From Candidatus Omnitrophota bacterium (GTDB lineage: Bacteria > Omnitrophota > Gorgyraeia > Zapsychrales > Fredricksoniimonadaceae): DNA of 64,000 bases. Location of the stretch: contig CAJARJ010000012.1 in the NCBI GenBank assembly GCA_903944345.1, positions 4,266-68,265 of the forward strand, read 5' to 3'. The notes beneath the pieces were generated by a model that saw only the letters and a list, made by a program, of their open reading frames with translations, did not search any database and was not told the origin of the DNA. The translations under genes were made by a program, and so were the position numbers. Positions within the stretch are counted from its first letter, which is position 1; every line of letters begins with the position of its first letter. Below are positions 31,939 through 41,943 of this stretch, piece by piece.

Positions 31939-33267
31939 TTAAATTTCCTCCCAGGAAAGCGTAATGTAGTCTCCAGTCGTCGGCATATATGGCGGTGGGG
32001 CACCAAGAAGCCGTGCGTCATAACCGTAATCCTTGGAATAACCCGTTGCTTTTGTTCCGGTACGACTGTCAAAAGTACCAACTGGTCCGCGTTCTTTCTG
32101 AATAATGCCTCCATAAACAGTCAAAGTCCCACGGGGAGATCCAAGCCAGTAATTTTCAAGGAGGAACGAGTCTCCCATAGACATAATACAGGAATTGATT
32201 TCCATATTTGTCGGAGCCGCATCGTCAATAACAACATCTCTTTCGGCAATAATTCCCAAAGTATCATCTGAAGCAGGATCCGTTCTGGGATCGTCTGCAT
32301 ATACCACACTGCTGGGAATAACCACGTCTTTCTGGGCTCCGACCGTAAGACGGCCATTAAGGGTTCCGGATATCGTTAAACTCCCCCCGTTACGGCAATT
32401 ACTCCCGTCGCAGACAACAAAAAGAGCACCATTGGCAGGAATAGGCATGTTCCTGTTTGTCCATCTGTTATAACTATTGGTGACATTCATTGTTCCGTTG
32501 GAGTTAAGCACAATGGTCGTATTCCCCCGCAAGGAAAGCCCTCCGCTGGAAGCAGCAGAACGCAGTCCCAAAGCCTGTGACGGCATCGTAGTGACTTCCG
32601 CGCCAAAAGTAAAGCCTTGCTGGAAATCCGGCTCGTCATTCGGGGCATTGGTAGTCTGTTGAAGATTGACTGCGGAGCCATTATTATAAAACTTGATGTA
32701 CGTATCAACCGACTGCGCCTGACTTTCAAAAACCGGATCCTGATTGATATTGAAATGCCCATTGGTGTGTGTCGGACCGTTAAGACGGTCGCCGGCGGTA
32801 AACCAGACATTCGTTCCTTCAAACAGTTCCTGATCGGTAAACCACAAATAACGGGCATAATTGTCAACCTGCAGATATTTGACGAGCACCCGGGAGGAAC
32901 CAGAATGTGTCCCGGTGGCAGTGACTTTATATCTGCGGATATTCCCGGTTGCTCCCACAAGACCAAGATCAGTGATTGTGGCACTATAAGTCCCGCCTCC
33001 CAGCGCCTGCGTTCCTCCCCATGGATTGGTATAATTTCCAGTTGGAGGTGCGGACTGAGCCCGCAACCAGACAACTGCTCGGGCAAGCCCGGATTCCGCC
33101 AAACTAAACGACTTGGCTCGTTGCGCGGAACTCATGGCCAAAAGATTCTGACTCACACCGGTGGCCAGAAAAGCCGCCCCGTAAACCACCAGAAGACTGG
33201 TGATAATCAGACTAAACGCCAGGGCGATTCCTCTGTTATTCCTAAGCCGGTGCTCAATACATCGCAT
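31939..33267 (-). CDS. PilX-like type IV pilus assembly protein with large C-terminal domain
   Basis: RGIALAFSL prepilin-like N-terminus, SLAESGL, GPTHTNG, GYSKDYGYD.RL..PPPY.P. Confidence 0.75.
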   Translation of the reverse strand: MRCIEHRLRNNRGIALAFSLIITSLLVVYGAAFLATGVSQNLLAMSSAQRAKSFSLAESGLARAVVWLRAQSAPPTGNYTNPWGGTQALGGGTYSATITDLGLVGATGNIRRYKVTATGTHSGSSRVLVKYLQVDNYARYLWFTDQELFEGTNVWFTAGDRLNGPTHTNGHFNINQDPVFESQAQSVDTYIKFYNNGSAVNLQQTTNAPNDEPDFQQGFTFGAEVTTMPSQALGLRSAASSGGLSLRGNTTIVLNSNGTMNVTNSYNRWTNRNMPIPANGALFVVCDGSNCRNGGSLTISGTLNGRLTVGAQKDVVIPSSVVYADDPRTDPASDDTLGIIAERDVVIDDAAPTNMEINSCIMSMGDSFLLENYWLGSPRGTLTVYGGIIQKERGPVGTFDSRTGTKATGYSKDYGYDARLLGAPPPYMPTTGDYITLSWEEI

Positions 33268-33269
33268 AA

Positions 33270-33788
33270 CTAGTTCCTCATCCTTACCTTAAGCTGCGAA
33301 GAATCCTGCATGGTTCGGCCCGCATCGGAAATCTTGCTGGCTGTAATATCAATCTGCAAAATGTCGGCCGGGGAATTTGACCGGGTAAATTGCAGGCTCG
33401 AGATGTTTCGAGCCACAACCGAGGTTGTGCCGGCAAAAGTTCTGGTGATCTGACCTGAACCGTCGAGAGCATACACAATATCAGCAGACCACTCGATGTA
33501 ACCTGAAGCATCTAGAATAGTGCCATCATTATTGGTATCCTGAGGAATACGAAAGGTCAACGAATTCGAAGAGGCTCCGCTGCCGAGACTGATCTGGGCC
33601 GGGCGGGTCTTTTTAAGATCCAGTTCCATCCTGGAAAATGATCTGACCAGCTCCTGGCGCAACTGCACAGACACATCACTGGTCAGCCAGTTCTTGGCTC
33701 CGATATCCATAATCTGGAACGATCCAAGCATGAGGATAACCAGAATGGACAAGGAAAGCAGAAGTTCTACCAGCGTCATACCCTTCAT
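33270..33788 (-). CDS. Type IV minor pilin (PilW-like)
   Basis: KG|MTLVELLL class III signal; ends VRMRN. Confidence 0.82.
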   Translation of the reverse strand: MKGMTLVELLLSLSILVILMLGSFQIMDIGAKNWLTSDVSVQLRQELVRSFSRMELDLKKTRPAQISLGSGASSNSLTFRIPQDTNNDGTILDASGYIEWSADIVYALDGSGQITRTFAGTTSVVARNISSLQFTRSNSPADILQIDITASKISDAGRTMQDSSQLKVRMRN

Positions 33789-33791
33789 GTG

Positions 33792-34265
33792 TCATCCATT
33801 CGAAATCAGGGTTACAAGTTTTACCGGTGACTCAAGAATTCCGTCTGCATCAGCACGTTCTCCGGTATCCAGCCGGCCATTAAGATTGGTATCCCCGCCA
33901 ATAATTCTGTTCCCCTGCCGCCAGCTGAGAGTAATGGTGACCTTGACCAGCTCGGAATTGCTGTCATCTACAAACACCGCACCCCGGCTTTCAGGAATAT
34001 CGTTGAGAACAAAAGTTACCTGATCGTAGTTATCGACAAGATTGACAAATGAACTGGCCCGAATCTCTTCCATAAAAGAAGCAGCGGCATTGGCGGCTGT
34101 ATTGGTATTTCGGGCAATACTTATCAAGGCGGCACAGGAAATAAAGGCCCCGACAATAGCACAAAGGACGCCAGCCAGAATAGCAGTAGCTACAAGCACC
34201 TCGACAAGAGTGATTCCGCGACATGATGCTCGGCAAGATTTCTGAAAGAAGAAAAGGATGCTCAC
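33792..34265 (-). CDS. Type IV minor pilin (PilV-like)
   Basis: RG|ITLVEVLVA; start re-called at GTG 34265 after GGAGG; VKVTITLSW. Confidence 0.8.
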   Translation of the reverse strand: MSILFFFQKSCRASCRGITLVEVLVATAILAGVLCAIVGAFISCAALISIARNTNTAANAAASFMEEIRASSFVNLVDNYDQVTFVLNDIPESRGAVFVDDSNSELVKVTITLSWRQGNRIIGGDTNLNGRLDTGERADADGILESPVKLVTLISNG

Positions 34266-34526
34266 GGGGCCTCCATCGCACGAAGTCAGGAAAGTCGTAC
34301 GCGTGCACAAGGATCCCGGCCCTGATTGCCTGACCCCTGCTACAAGTCTAGCTTCCGTTGCAAGGTAAAATCAAGGCTATTCTCATAAACTCGAATGGCG
34401 CCATAGCCGCTCAATAACCACGAAGCCGCTTGTACCAATAGATGGGCTTGAATTCAACTCAGCATACAACAATGTTAACGTCGAGGAAAGGTGTGATTCA
34501 GGCAGGATTTAACTCTCCCTGCACCT

Positions 34527-37328
34527 TTACAGGCCCAAGAACACAAACAATGTTGTATCGGCCGGGCGGATATCAATTATGAAGGGAGCAAGCCCTGCAG
34601 CGAAACGGATTGCCTGGGCTTTCACGGGATCAAACACGATACTATTGCCAACTTCTTGAGTCAGAATCTGCAAACCTGATCTGTCAGGGGCAAGATCAAT
34701 GCCGCCTTTCTGATCCGGAGAAATCTTGGACTCCTCGTGGAGATGCACTCCGGAATCATCCACACTTATCCATGTATAAGTCTGCTCTCCCGGAGTATCG
34801 TGGCGACCCCATTCATTGCAGTTTGACCATGTGCCGGAGTTGACATACTGCCAGGCAGTCTCCCCCTCAAGAAGCATCCCCAGAAAACCCTCCCCCGGCT
34901 TCTGGGGTTCATGAGTATGGCCATAAACAATATAACGCTTCCATTGCTCAACAGGAATGTCCTTAAACAAATCCGGGTAAAGATACGGCAGAAGCTCGTC
35001 CCATAACTCGCCCAACTGTCTGATCCTTTTCTTCTGGGCACTAACCAGAAACAGCTGGAACCCGGAAACATTCTTTATCATAAAGGTCATAAAAGGGAAA
35101 AACATATCATTCTCGACAAACTGATTTAGAGTCCCCCAATGACGGTTTGACAACGCACTCATGAAGTTATCAAGGACACTTCCCCCTGCCTGTTTATTAT
35201 TAAACTTGTCGGGAACATGTCCGTGTTCAAAGTGCAGGATCTGACCTGCGGCAGGACGGACAATAACCACATACCGGCTGATAATCATTCTGTCTTTCCG
35301 GTCTTTATTCACCACTTCAAGAAGTTTATGTCCGATATCATCATTGAGGTCCGCTATCATTTTCTGTACATACAACACAGCCTTCGCCAGGGGCATCGAA
35401 AGGACAGAGTCGTCAAACCAGACATATCCTTCTTTGTCCATAACCGGGCCATAAGGCAGCTTCGCCCGGGTAAGCCTGGCAATATCTTTGGCCTTGGCCG
35501 CCCGGATAATGTTCTGAAGTTGTTGCGTGCGGGCAAAATCGGTAATCTCCAGATTTTGAGCCATCTTGGCCAGATGACGCCTCTTTTTTGCGAGACGTTC
35601 CTTGAGGATAACATCATCGTGATTACCTGCAACATAAAACACCTTGTCACAACGGGCTAAAGCTTCAAAGAAAACCTGATAGGACTGATAGACATCGCCG
35701 TAGCGATTCTTCTGAAGCTCGAGGATATCGCCATTGAGCACAACCACCTGTTTCTCTTCTGCCGCAATGCGCAACAGGTCAAGCAATTCCGGTAAACGCC
35801 CGGCAAAAGCGTCATGCGAATCTCCTGCCCCCAGGTGAATATCAGAAAGATTCAGAACCTCCTGATCGGTTCTGTAAATAAAGGTTCTTTGCTTTTTGCT
35901 CCAGCGCTTTACCTCCTCAAGCAAGGCCTCCGCCCGCTTGGCAAGCCTGGGATGCCGCTTCATTCGTTTGCCGAAAAAAGCATCCACTTTCCCGTTATGA
36001 ATGGAGAACAATATGGACTCCTTCTTATACTTCTCCTGCCAGAACCAGCCACCCGCAATCGCCTGCTGAATAAAACGTACGACTTGCTTCTTCTTGTCAC
36101 CGGTAACCCCCAGCCACTGGTCTTGCGATCCGTTATGAAAAAGCATCAAAGGGTTCTTTTCGGCAACCTTGCGCCAGGCTCTGGCTGGCGAAGAAGATAG
36201 TGCCTCGTCTGGCTCTGCCGACTGCGAAAAATCAGCCCTGTCGTCCGGAACAATTTGCATGGCCGTGCGAATGATCATGGTTCGCCCGGAAAACCCGGGA
36301 AGGGATACATCCTCGGAAAAAGGGCGAATATCCATAGCGGCGTCCACTCCCAGATCAAATCCTCCGGAAAAATATTTTCTCGGCAGTGGCTGACCGCCAG
36401 AAGAATCCGGATCTTCTGCAATATGCGTATAGGCACCCGTATTAAATCCCTGAGCATACCGCTTCCATATGTCATGCGGTTCTTGCGGATTGGCAATACT
36501 TACTCCGGCAGTTTTGGCGCGATCTGCATACTCCTGTGACAACACAGACTGCTTCATTTTGATCTTGTACCAGGCGGCAAGAATCAGGGAATGATACACC
36601 TGACGTAATTGGGCAAAATAGCTGCCTTCATTAACCTCTTTTTCTATAACCGGGATAACGACCTCGCGTAAAACAGAAACAGCCATAGAGGAAATTTCAG
36701 AAGTGGTATCAACGCTCGCAGCGTTATAATCCCTGTCAAGGATCACTTCAAGCCGGGCTTCGGCCACATACGCCGCTCCGGCATTTTCATAGACCACAGC
36801 TTTGCGGGGAACAATCCAGACCTTATTGATCAGCTCTAATGGAATATCGGTGGTGCCGTACTTTTGCTGTGCCAAAGCATATATCTTTTGCCAGAACTTC
36901 TCACCAGTCTTGTCTTGCGGGAACAACAAGGCCGTCGTTAACTGTTTAAGCAGATAATCCTGGGCCAGAAGATCGCGTCCCATCTCCGTCAGGCCGAAAG
37001 TTGGAGGAATAACACGATTTTCTTCGTACGGGCTCAGGTTAACCCACAGATCATGCTCGGGAATGGTCAAAGCGGCCAAAAAGTACTTAAGCAAACGGGT
37101 GGAGTCAACCCTGATATCATTAAATGAAATATTGGCATCCCCTTTATCAAGAATGAAATCAAACCTTAAGGGTTCATCCGGATAAATTTTTATGCCTTGA
37201 AGAAGGGGGGGATTAAGTGCCTGGCTTGGGGCCGACACCTGGCCGGGAAAAAGGTCGACTCCTGCCTCAAGAGGAGACAAGTTAACAGACACAAATACCA
37301 ACAAAATGATAAAAGTTAAGAACTTCAT
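34527..37328 (-). CDS. Secreted scaffold-family protein A with metallophosphoesterase cargo
   Basis: Signal peptide; conserved block PLRFDFILDKGD...LWVNLSPYE...MGRDLLAQDY...RKYFSGG; cargo motifs SDIHLG, NGDILE, GNHD, EHGH, GHTH, NSG; C-terminal GGIDL. Confidence 0.85.
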   Translation of the reverse strand: MKFLTFIILLVFVSVNLSPLEAGVDLFPGQVSAPSQALNPPLLQGIKIYPDEPLRFDFILDKGDANISFNDIRVDSTRLLKYFLAALTIPEHDLWVNLSPYEENRVIPPTFGLTEMGRDLLAQDYLLKQLTTALLFPQDKTGEKFWQKIYALAQQKYGTTDIPLELINKVWIVPRKAVVYENAGAAYVAEARLEVILDRDYNAASVDTTSEISSMAVSVLREVVIPVIEKEVNEGSYFAQLRQVYHSLILAAWYKIKMKQSVLSQEYADRAKTAGVSIANPQEPHDIWKRYAQGFNTGAYTHIAEDPDSSGGQPLPRKYFSGGFDLGVDAAMDIRPFSEDVSLPGFSGRTMIIRTAMQIVPDDRADFSQSAEPDEALSSSPARAWRKVAEKNPLMLFHNGSQDQWLGVTGDKKKQVVRFIQQAIAGGWFWQEKYKKESILFSIHNGKVDAFFGKRMKRHPRLAKRAEALLEEVKRWSKKQRTFIYRTDQEVLNLSDIHLGAGDSHDAFAGRLPELLDLLRIAAEEKQVVVLNGDILELQKNRYGDVYQSYQVFFEALARCDKVFYVAGNHDDVILKERLAKKRRHLAKMAQNLEITDFARTQQLQNIIRAAKAKDIARLTRAKLPYGPVMDKEGYVWFDDSVLSMPLAKAVLYVQKMIADLNDDIGHKLLEVVNKDRKDRMIISRYVVIVRPAAGQILHFEHGHVPDKFNNKQAGGSVLDNFMSALSNRHWGTLNQFVENDMFFPFMTFMIKNVSGFQLFLVSAQKKRIRQLGELWDELLPYLYPDLFKDIPVEQWKRYIVYGHTHEPQKPGEGFLGMLLEGETAWQYVNSGTWSNCNEWGRHDTPGEQTYTWISVDDSGVHLHEESKISPDQKGGIDLAPDRSGLQILTQEVGNSIVFDPVKAQAIRFAAGLAPFIIDIRPADTTLFVFLGL

Positions 37329-37370
37329 CACAAAAACCGGGAATGCCAAATTAAATAAAACTTACTACCT

Positions 37371-39851
37371 CTATTGGAAGATGGAAACAGCCGGATCAAC
37401 TATCCGGTCGATCCCGATAATCCGCGGTGAAAGTCCTGCTCTTACGGCCGGCAGAGTGGCTGAATCGATATTAAAATGAATCGGTCCACCATCATTAGCG
37501 ATATCCAGCTTCATATTGCGAGTGGACATATCAATACCACCCACCGGCTCAACCGCCTGACTCGCATCGGCTATTCTTTTATGCAAAACATCCTGACTCC
37601 AGTGATCCTTACTGTCTTTCACTGACCGATAATCGTTAGCGATGGCCTCAAGAGACTCTGCAATCGTTCTGTCCCACCCACCCCATGTGCCCGCAAACTC
37701 TGGAATCAATCCCCTTGAATATTTCAACGCCAGATCATACGGATTGGAATTTGCGTATTCAACAAGATCCGCATCGACAATCAAAACTTCCGGAGTCCCG
37801 TCCTGGGCGGACTGAAGAATAAAATTCGCAGCTCGGGGGTCATTTATCAGGATTCCTCTGCCTACAAGTGTACGGAACAGACGGATAAGAGCCTTGATAA
37901 TGTCCTCGTTCATTGTACCGGCGGCAATCACCTTATCCAGAGAGTCACCTGACATCCATTCCACAGCCAGAAGTTCTCTGCCATTGGTAGCCTTGATCAC
38001 TGCAACCCATGCCGGACCAACTCCCTCTTGTTCGACTATTCTGAAACCGTCTTTAATCTCCTTAAGAACAGTATCCATCCTGATCGGCGCCCGAATAGCC
38101 ATATGCTGGTTTTTATAGACATCATGGTTACCGCCAGATCCGACATATTCCTGCTGAACCCCTTTCATAATCAAGGTTTTTTCTCTTCCCTCAACCTGAA
38201 CGGGTTTCGACCGGCCCAGATGAATCAGCTGGGAGAACCGCTTGAGAGAAAAATTCATTAAAACACGCTGAAGCTGTCGTTCTAAAGAGGAATCATCTAT
38301 CTCCAGCACAACCTGATGAACACCAGGCCCCAGAGCAGGCAAAACCAGGTCATTAAGAAGAAGATAGTTCATCGGTTGTTGCCAATATTGACGCCAGAGT
38401 TCTTTATTGGTTATCTTCCTGATAATGATCATTTTCTCACCATACTGCCCGGCATACACGTCTTCGTTATCAGAAGACTTCAATAATCTGGTCTTCTCGA
38501 CATTATCTGTCACAAAACCACGTAAAAAACGCCGCCTTGTATTCTCAAGATCTTCATTAAAAGCAGCCACAGATGTCCCGAGCGAATCAAAAAAAGTCGC
38601 CATGCCCGGACTAGTGCGCTGATAAAGAAAGGTTTTAACAACTACCTGGCTTAACCTGAGAATATAATCCGGGGTAGCCTCTCTCCTTGAAATATCCGGT
38701 TTCTGCGCCATATCTGTCGATATATCCGAACGGCTGTCCTGAGGCTCTACCAAAACTCCTACTCTTATCAACCCTTGCGGATTATTAGCAAAAAGATTGC
38801 TGGAAATCTCCTGTAGGGATGCACGTTCCATCGCTTTATCGAAGTCCGGCGCAAACCCGCCCGAGAAATATTTGCGCAATAGCGGGTCACCCGAAAAAGG
38901 ATCCGCCTCTTCTTTGATATAACTAAAAACACCCTGCCTGAAAGCGGCCATGTATTGCTGGTAAATTTCATTAAGTACTTTGGGATCTCTAAGATTAACT
39001 CCATCCGTCTTGCCTTTGTCAACGTACTGATCGTACAAGATACCTTCCTTGACCTTGCGCTTGTACCATGCCGCCAACGCCATGGAGTAATAAATCTTGC
39101 GCAACAAGGCGAAACTTTCACCATCATTGATTTCTTTCTCGATAACAGGAAGAATAATTTCACGCAACCCGGGTTGAACCTGATTTTCTTCGGCCTCGTT
39201 ATGGACACTATTGCCAGATTGCACCTTCTCCGCCAGATAATCGCGCTCCAGCGCGACTTTCATCCTGGCATTCGCCAGCATGGCTATATTTCCATTCTCA
39301 TAAAACGCCGCTTTGTCCGGGCTGATCCAGACTTTATTGAAAACATCAAACGGAATATCAGTAGTTCCAAAGGCTTCCTGCGCACGCCGATAAACGTCAG
39401 TCCAGAATTTCTTCCCCAACGGTGCCTCGGGGTATACAAGAGAAGCCATAATCTGTTTGAGCATATAATCCTGAGCCAACAGGTCACGCCCCATCTCGGT
39501 ACGGGCAAAATTTTCACTAACAATCCGCTTATCTTCATAAGGAGAAAGGTTGACCCACTGCTCCTCTTCCGGAACAGTCATTGCTGCCAGAAAATATTTA
39601 ACCAGTCTCTCGGATTCAGCGGTCAGCGCCTCACCGGAAAGCAGCTCGTCTCCCTGATCCATAAAGAAATTAAAACGAAAAGGATTATTGATGTCCACCT
39701 GAATGCCAACCAGGCAAGCGGGCTTGAACCCGTGGCTGACATCAACCATAGATCCCGGCAACGGCAAGGCTACGCCTTCAATGGCATATACCGGCAAAGA
39801 ATTGATGAATAACACCTGAACAATAATAATATGAAATAGAATGCGAAACAT
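37371..39851 (-). CDS. Secreted scaffold-family protein B with protein-kinase-like cargo
   Basis: Same N-terminal block; cargo VGSGG..VY, AVEWMSGDSL, INDPRAANF, LIVDAD; C-terminal GGIDM. Confidence 0.8.
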   Translation of the reverse strand: MFRILFHIIIVQVLFINSLPVYAIEGVALPLPGSMVDVSHGFKPACLVGIQVDINNPFRFNFFMDQGDELLSGEALTAESERLVKYFLAAMTVPEEEQWVNLSPYEDKRIVSENFARTEMGRDLLAQDYMLKQIMASLVYPEAPLGKKFWTDVYRRAQEAFGTTDIPFDVFNKVWISPDKAAFYENGNIAMLANARMKVALERDYLAEKVQSGNSVHNEAEENQVQPGLREIILPVIEKEINDGESFALLRKIYYSMALAAWYKRKVKEGILYDQYVDKGKTDGVNLRDPKVLNEIYQQYMAAFRQGVFSYIKEEADPFSGDPLLRKYFSGGFAPDFDKAMERASLQEISSNLFANNPQGLIRVGVLVEPQDSRSDISTDMAQKPDISRREATPDYILRLSQVVVKTFLYQRTSPGMATFFDSLGTSVAAFNEDLENTRRRFLRGFVTDNVEKTRLLKSSDNEDVYAGQYGEKMIIIRKITNKELWRQYWQQPMNYLLLNDLVLPALGPGVHQVVLEIDDSSLERQLQRVLMNFSLKRFSQLIHLGRSKPVQVEGREKTLIMKGVQQEYVGSGGNHDVYKNQHMAIRAPIRMDTVLKEIKDGFRIVEQEGVGPAWVAVIKATNGRELLAVEWMSGDSLDKVIAAGTMNEDIIKALIRLFRTLVGRGILINDPRAANFILQSAQDGTPEVLIVDADLVEYANSNPYDLALKYSRGLIPEFAGTWGGWDRTIAESLEAIANDYRSVKDSKDHWSQDVLHKRIADASQAVEPVGGIDMSTRNMKLDIANDGGPIHFNIDSATLPAVRAGLSPRIIGIDRIVDPAVSIFQ

Positions 39852-40015
39852 CAGTTTCTCCCAAACATTCAAACTTTCAGAATTATGAAACTTACCACCC
39901 GATAATAAATATAATATATATATCAATAAAATGAAAGGGAAGCGAATAAAACACTTCGAGTGTCATAATATGGCATAATCATGAATGATATGCGCTTAGG
40001 CGTCATTAATCGGAT

Positions 40016-40834
40016 TTACGATTGGCTTCCGGAAACAAACCAGCGGATTAGATCGGCAGAAAGTGATCGTCTTTGCGGGACTTTCGGCAAGGCATTGGCT
40101 TTAAACCATCCGGCTTCAGCTATCTCGACATTGTCTATCCGGATGGAACCGCTGAGATAATCTGCCGTAAAACCAATCATAAGACTATCAGGAAAGGGCC
40201 ACGGTTCACTTTTGAAATAACGAATATTCGTGAGCGTAATCCCCACCTCTTCCATCACCTCACGTCGGACTGCCTCTTCCAGCGACTCGCCCGGTTCGAC
40301 AAAGCCGGCCAGAACACTGTACATTTCTTTATCAGAGAAATTATGTGCCCGTGCCAGAAGGATCTGATCCTCCTTGACCACAGCCACGATCACTGCAGGG
40401 GATATTCTTGGATAATTGACAGAATGACACTGTGGACATTGGCGAGCATGCTCATCGGACAAAAATATTGTAGGAGTGCCGCAGCGTCCACAGAAACGAA
40501 AATTGCTTTCCCAGGAGGCAAGCTGCCGTGCGTACCCGGCAACACACGAAAGTTCGGCATCACTCTCCAGGTACACGTCTCTCAGGGCAGACCATTCGTA
40601 ACCATCTAGAGGAATCTTCTGCGTTGCAGTCGCACAATAACAAGGCTTATTGTCCAGAAAACCGATAAAGTATGCATCGCTGAAACCGGAAGCCGCAGCC
40701 TGCTGCGGAGTGAGCAGAGGAAAGGTTTTGAGTTCTCCCTCAAGACGAACAAGAACCTCTGCTTCGACAAAGCAAAAATACCAAGCCTGGTCAAACAACT
40801 GATCCGGCTTTTGCGTTGACTTGAGAAAGCGCAT
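40016..40834 (-). CDS. nudC: NAD(H) diphosphatase NudC
   Basis: FCGRCG...CPQC, YPRISPAVIV, Nudix box GFVEPGESLEEAVRREVMEEVG, PWPFP. Confidence 0.93.
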   Translation of the reverse strand: MRFLKSTQKPDQLFDQAWYFCFVEAEVLVRLEGELKTFPLLTPQQAAASGFSDAYFIGFLDNKPCYCATATQKIPLDGYEWSALRDVYLESDAELSCVAGYARQLASWESNFRFCGRCGTPTIFLSDEHARQCPQCHSVNYPRISPAVIVAVVKEDQILLARAHNFSDKEMYSVLAGFVEPGESLEEAVRREVMEEVGITLTNIRYFKSEPWPFPDSLMIGFTADYLSGSIRIDNVEIAEAGWFKANALPKVPQRRSLSADLIRWFVSGSQS

Positions 40835-40875
40835 TTATTAAGTGTCCTCCTCTGTACGCACAAGGCAAGGAATGA

Positions 40876-41157
40876 TCAGCCTCTTTTGTTGATATAAATC
40901 AGATGGTACCCGAACTGTGTTTTGACCGGCCCCTGAACCTTGCCAACCTCGGCGGAAAACACAACCTGGTCAAACTCCGGGACCATCATGCCCTGGGAGA
41001 ACTCGCCCAGGTCTCCACCGTCTTTTCCTGAGGGGCAGAGAGAATGTTTTCTGGCTACTGCGGAGAAAAATGCCCCGGCTTCGATCTGCTGTTTGAGCTT
41101 GAGACACTCTTCTTCAGAATTGACGAGAATATGACTTGCGCTTGCGATGACCGCCAT
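40876..41157 (-). CDS. ppiC: Parvulin peptidyl-prolyl isomerase
   Basis: ASASHILV, CPSGKDGGDLG, VKTQFGYHLI. Confidence 0.92.
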   Translation of the reverse strand: MAVIASASHILVNSEEECLKLKQQIEAGAFFSAVARKHSLCPSGKDGGDLGEFSQGMMVPEFDQVVFSAEVGKVQGPVKTQFGYHLIYINKRG

Positions 41158-41250
41158 GTTGTCTCCTTTTTTTATCGGATAAAAACATAATTAATTTGGA
41201 CAGTTTGCCTAAATCCTGTGAACTTGTCAATATTTTTGAAACACACATCT

Positions 41251-41943
41251 TTAACCCGGATCTCCCAGAAGAATGACCGGATTCTGATCTGTCTCGAGCC
41301 AGTTGAGCAGTCGGCGCAATCGCCAGCGGTCCACGCCAACGCAACCAGAGGTCGGGGCACGCCCGCGGTCACGCCAGATATGCATAAAAATCGCACTGCC
41401 GTCACCCGGCACAACCGGACTGGTATTGTATTCAATAATCAACCCCATCTCGTACAAACCGTCCGGGCGAAGCATGTATTCAAATGACGCGGCAGTCACA
41501 GGCAGTTTGACCCAGCGATTATAATCAGCTGAAGCGGGATCGTCTATCCAGATATCATCTGCGTTTACCTGACGATAAGCCAAGCCGGTTGCAATAAGAT
41601 TGCGTTCACCAAAAGCGCCACCCAAAGCATAAACTCCGGAGGGAGTTCTCCCGTCGCCCTCCCTTTTGCTTCCCCGGGGAGCAAATCCGTTACGACCCAC
41701 CACTACAGGCCAGGGACCCAAAATCTTTCGCCAGGCATCCTGACGATAATCCCAGGCAGTTAGCACTGCCTGAAAAGGATGCACCCCGCCGGCAGGCCTG
41801 ACCTCGATAACCTGTCGACTAACTGCGGAATCGAACGAAAATGGCATCACCGGAACAGGACGAACACTGCCTGAAAGAGAGGTACACGCCGCACCCGTCG
41901 ATGTCAGAACCAGCAATAGAAACAAACGCCAAATATTTGTCAT
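41251..41943 (-). CDS. L,D-transpeptidase (YkuD-like) lipoprotein
   Basis: KREGDGRTPSG, GSAIFMH, PTSGCV; lipobox AAC. Confidence 0.82.
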   Translation of the reverse strand: MTNIWRLFLLLVLTSTGAACTSLSGSVRPVPVMPFSFDSAVSRQVIEVRPAGGVHPFQAVLTAWDYRQDAWRKILGPWPVVVGRNGFAPRGSKREGDGRTPSGVYALGGAFGERNLIATGLAYRQVNADDIWIDDPASADYNRWVKLPVTAASFEYMLRPDGLYEMGLIIEYNTSPVVPGDGSAIFMHIWRDRGRAPTSGCVGVDRWRLRRLLNWLETDQNPVILLGDPG

